Made by a program: the position numbers and the translations under genes. The notes under the pieces were generated by a model, which was not told the origin of the DNA, searched no databases, and worked only from the letters and a program-made list of their open reading frames with translations. Shown piece after piece: positions 37,344 to 39,698 of a DNA stretch of 39,698 nucleotides; position 1 is the stretch's first letter; every line of letters starts with the position of its first letter. The DNA comes from Candidatus Zapsychrus exili (GTDB taxonomy: Bacteria; Omnitrophota; Gorgyraeia; Zapsychrales; Zapsychraceae), in contig JAVCCJ010000014.1 of NCBI GenBank assembly GCA_030765585.1, positions 1 through 39,698 of the forward strand, written 5' to 3'.

Positions 37344-39188
37344 TTAGTCCAGCACTCTCGATATTTCCTCTAATTTGTATTTATCTTTGCTTGTCTGGTC
37401 TTTTTTTGCAAACAAATACGGGCCCATAACTAGATAATCCATTTCAGTACACATAAAGCATCTATATGCATCTTCTGGAGTACAAACAATAGGCTCTCCT
37501 CTCACATTAAATGAAGTATTTATAATTACAGGACAACCAGTAAGTTTGTCAAATTCATTTATTATCTTGTAGTAAAGTGGATTTGTGTCCTCTGTTACTG
37601 ATTGAATACGAGCAGAATAGTCTACATGTGTTATAGCTGGTATAGACGAGCGTTTAACTTTTAGCTTCTCTACACCTTCTTTTTTTATGTTTCTTGATTC
37701 TTTATTTATTTTATTTTCATTCACATCGCAAACAAGCAACATGTACGGGCTCTTAGTCTTTATATCAAAATAATTTTCAAGCTTTTCTTCTAAAACGCTT
37801 GGTGCAAATGGACGAAAAGATTCTCTAAACTTTATCTTTAAGTTCATCTTGGATTGCATATCCTCTGATCTGGCATCCCCTATTATGCTTCTTGCGCCTA
37901 ATGCCCTGGGACCAAATTCCATTCTTCCGTTAAAAAGTCCGACAACATTTTGTTCGTCTATTAATTGAGCGACTTTTTTAGCTAGATCATCTTCTGAGAA
38001 CTTAATACAAGACCCATCGTTTTCTAAAACAAAGGCTTCTGTTTCTTTTTCATACGCTGGTCCTAAATATGTTCCTTTTTGCAAATCGTCTTTACCATTA
38101 ACCTCTCTTTTGTTGTCTAAGTAATGGTGCCATCCCATAAACGCAGCGCCTAAAGCTCCGCCAGCATCTCCTGCCGCTGGTTGTATCCAAATATTTTTAA
38201 ATTTACTCTCTCTTAAAATCTTACCATTACCAACGCAATTTAAAGCAACGCCACCTGCTAAACATAGATTATCTGAACCTGTTATATCATAAAGATGGTC
38301 GGCGCATTTAAGCATCACCTCTTCTGTAACTGCCTGAATTGAGCGCGCTATATCCATATCTTTTTGTCTAATTTGAGATTCTGGTTTTCTTGGAGGTCCA
38401 TCAAAAAGTTCATGAAAACGGTTGTTTGTCATAGTAAGGCCTGCTGGGAAATCGAAATACTTCATATTTAATCTGAAAGAACCGTCAGCTTTAATATCTA
38501 TAAGATTTTCTTTTATTATATTTACGTACTTTGGCTCTCCGAAAGGCGCGAGTCCCATAAGTTTATACTCGCCGGAGTTAACTCTAAATCCTGCATAATA
38601 GGTAAACGCTGAGTAAAGAAGACCTAAGGAATGTGGAAAGTCTATCTCTTCTAGCAACTCAATTTTATTGGTTTTTCCCTTACCTAAACTTGTGGTGGTC
38701 CATTCTCCAACGCCATCCATTGTAAGTATTGCAGCTTCAGGAAATGGTGATGGGAAGAATGCTGATGCGGCATGTGATTGATGATGCTCAGAAAATAATA
38801 TTAAGGGGTACGACCCCTTTAAAGGGGTCGTACCCCTTTGGGCTAATTCTTCTTTTATATGCTCTTTTAGAAAGATTTTATCTTTAAGCCATAGTGGCAT
38901 CGCCTTTAGAAATGATCTTATGCCAAAAGGAGCATATCTTATGTAGGTTAAAAGAATTCTTTCAAATTTAAGAAATGGTTTATCATAAAACGTAACAAAA
39001 TTTATATCAGCCGTTGTTATACCAGCCTCTGAGAGACAGTATTCTATTGCATTACGAGGAAATGAAAAGTCATGCTTCTTTCTTGTAAATCGCTCTTCTT
39101 GTGCAGCAGCAACAATCTCTCCATCTTTTAGAAGAGCTGTTGCGCTGTCATGATAATATGCTGAAATTCCTAATATATAATTGTTCAT
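37344..39188 (-). CDS. O-carbamoyltransferase (NodU/CmcH/SxtI family)
   Basis: LGISAYYHDS, QEERFTRKKH, HHQSHAASAF, DGVGE, GEYKLMGLA, AGGVALNC, EFGPRALGARS, KFRESFRPFAP, NTSFNVRGEP. Confidence 0.95.
   Translation of the reverse strand: MNNYILGISAYYHDSATALLKDGEIVAAAQEERFTRKKHDFSFPRNAIEYCLSEAGITTADINFVTFYDKPFLKFERILLTYIRYAPFGIRSFLKAMPLWLKDKIFLKEHIKEELAQRGTTPLKGSYPLILFSEHHQSHAASAFFPSPFPEAAILTMDGVGEWTTTSLGKGKTNKIELLEEIDFPHSLGLLYSAFTYYAGFRVNSGEYKLMGLAPFGEPKYVNIIKENLIDIKADGSFRLNMKYFDFPAGLTMTNNRFHELFDGPPRKPESQIRQKDMDIARSIQAVTEEVMLKCADHLYDITGSDNLCLAGGVALNCVGNGKILRESKFKNIWIQPAAGDAGGALGAAFMGWHHYLDNKREVNGKDDLQKGTYLGPAYEKETEAFVLENDGSCIKFSEDDLAKKVAQLIDEQNVVGLFNGRMEFGPRALGARSIIGDARSEDMQSKMNLKIKFRESFRPFAPSVLEEKLENYFDIKTKSPYMLLVCDVNENKINKESRNIKKEGVEKLKVKRSSIPAITHVDYSARIQSVTEDTNPLYYKIINEFDKLTGCPVIINTSFNVRGEPIVCTPEDAYRCFMCTEMDYLVMGPYLFAKKDQTSKDKYKLEEISRVLD
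38803..38838. repeat. Perfect 36-bp palindrome inside the carbamoyltransferase CDS
   Basis: AAGGGGTACGACCCCTTT|AAAGGGGTCGTACCCCTT. Confidence 0.9.
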
Positions 39189-39268
39189 AATTTATTAAAA
39201 GTTTAAAGGAAAAGGTGTATGTGGGTTTTGAAACTTGATACTTCCTTACCTGCCAGTAGACAGGAAAC

Positions 39269-39697
39269 TTATTTTTTTAAGCTTTCGTTCTCTTTTCTTA
39301 AGCCCTCTATTTCGTGAAGCAAACCTTCTTGTTCTTTCTTTAGATACTCAACAGAAGACTTCTTTTCGTTATTATCGTTTAGAAGTCCCTTTATTCTGTT
39401 GTTTAAATTTTTCTCTATTTCATCTCTCTCATTATTAATAGTAATGACTTGATTTTCTAGAATTTTGATTCTACCGCCTAGCCTATTGTTTAAGTCCGCC
39501 GCATCATCAACCATCTTTTGCTTTAAAGAAGCGATTGTGCTATCTAAATTTTCTTTATCACTTGTTAACAAATTTATTATCTTATTTAAATTTGTTTCAC
39601 TTTTCTTAAGATGCTTTATTTCTTTTTCTTTGTTAGAGTCAGAGCTTTTTAAAATAGATATCTCTTGTTTTAATGAGTCTATCTCTTCGTTTAATTT
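39269..39697 (-). CDS. Coiled-coil protein, 3' part (5'-truncated by window edge)
   Basis: Frame stays open from 39571 to the window end; E/K/L/N-rich heptad pattern. Confidence 0.7.
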   Translation of the reverse strand, partial: KLNEEIDSLKQEISILKSSDSNKEKEIKHLKKSETNLNKIINLLTSDKENLDSTIASLKQKMVDDAADLNNRLGGRIKILENQVITINNERDEIEKNLNNRIKGLLNDNNEKKSSVEYLKKEQEGLLHEIEGLRKENESLKK

Positions 39698-39698
39698 G

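Noticed and set aside
36538..39188. Saxitoxin biosynthesis cluster
   Set aside because: No sxtA/sxtG or other core genes present
37325..39227. Imperfect inverted repeat CCACATAC..CTTTT / AAAAG..GTATGTGG flanking the carbamoyltransferase
   Set aside because: Only 8 bp perfect with an indel; could be chance
39245..39264. CCTTACCTGCCAGTAGACAGG and 4184-4196 GGAGCGAAGCGAC REP-like fragments
   Set aside because: Single degenerate copies; not supportable from this window alone

Overview
AT-rich bacterial chromosomal window. Canonical sigma70-type promoters are present; the lineage is not determinable from the sequence (an Omnitrophota-like anaerobe is a low-confidence guess). The backbone is housekeeping: ilvB/ilvN, trxB, bioB, thiC, two tandem Na+/Pi cotransporters, aroC, leuCD, acnA, a B12-dependent radical SAM enzyme, xth, an rseC-rnfBCDGEA operon, fumC, pepA, gltA and an SxtI/J/K-like carbamoyltransferase trio. 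The striking feature is the gene junctions. Three small four-helix-bundle genes (23S rRNA IVS protein / bAvd-like family) sit inside conserved operons (leuC|leuD, rnfG|rnfE, rnfC|rnfD). Each is bracketed by inverted arrays of tandem 7-nt repeats, with a different heptamer type per paralog. ORF-less ('empty') versions of the heptamer hairpins occupy other junctions (ilvB|ilvN, rseC|rnfB, fld|rseC, rnfD|rnfG, ilvN|menA-like). Several unrelated REP-like palindrome families also occur, including one pair bracketing a DUF559 nuclease gene, copies supplying stop codons of host genes, and a perfect 36-bp palindrome in-frame inside the carbamoyltransferase. No transposase, integrase, reverse transcriptase, CRISPR array, rRNA or tRNA was recognised.
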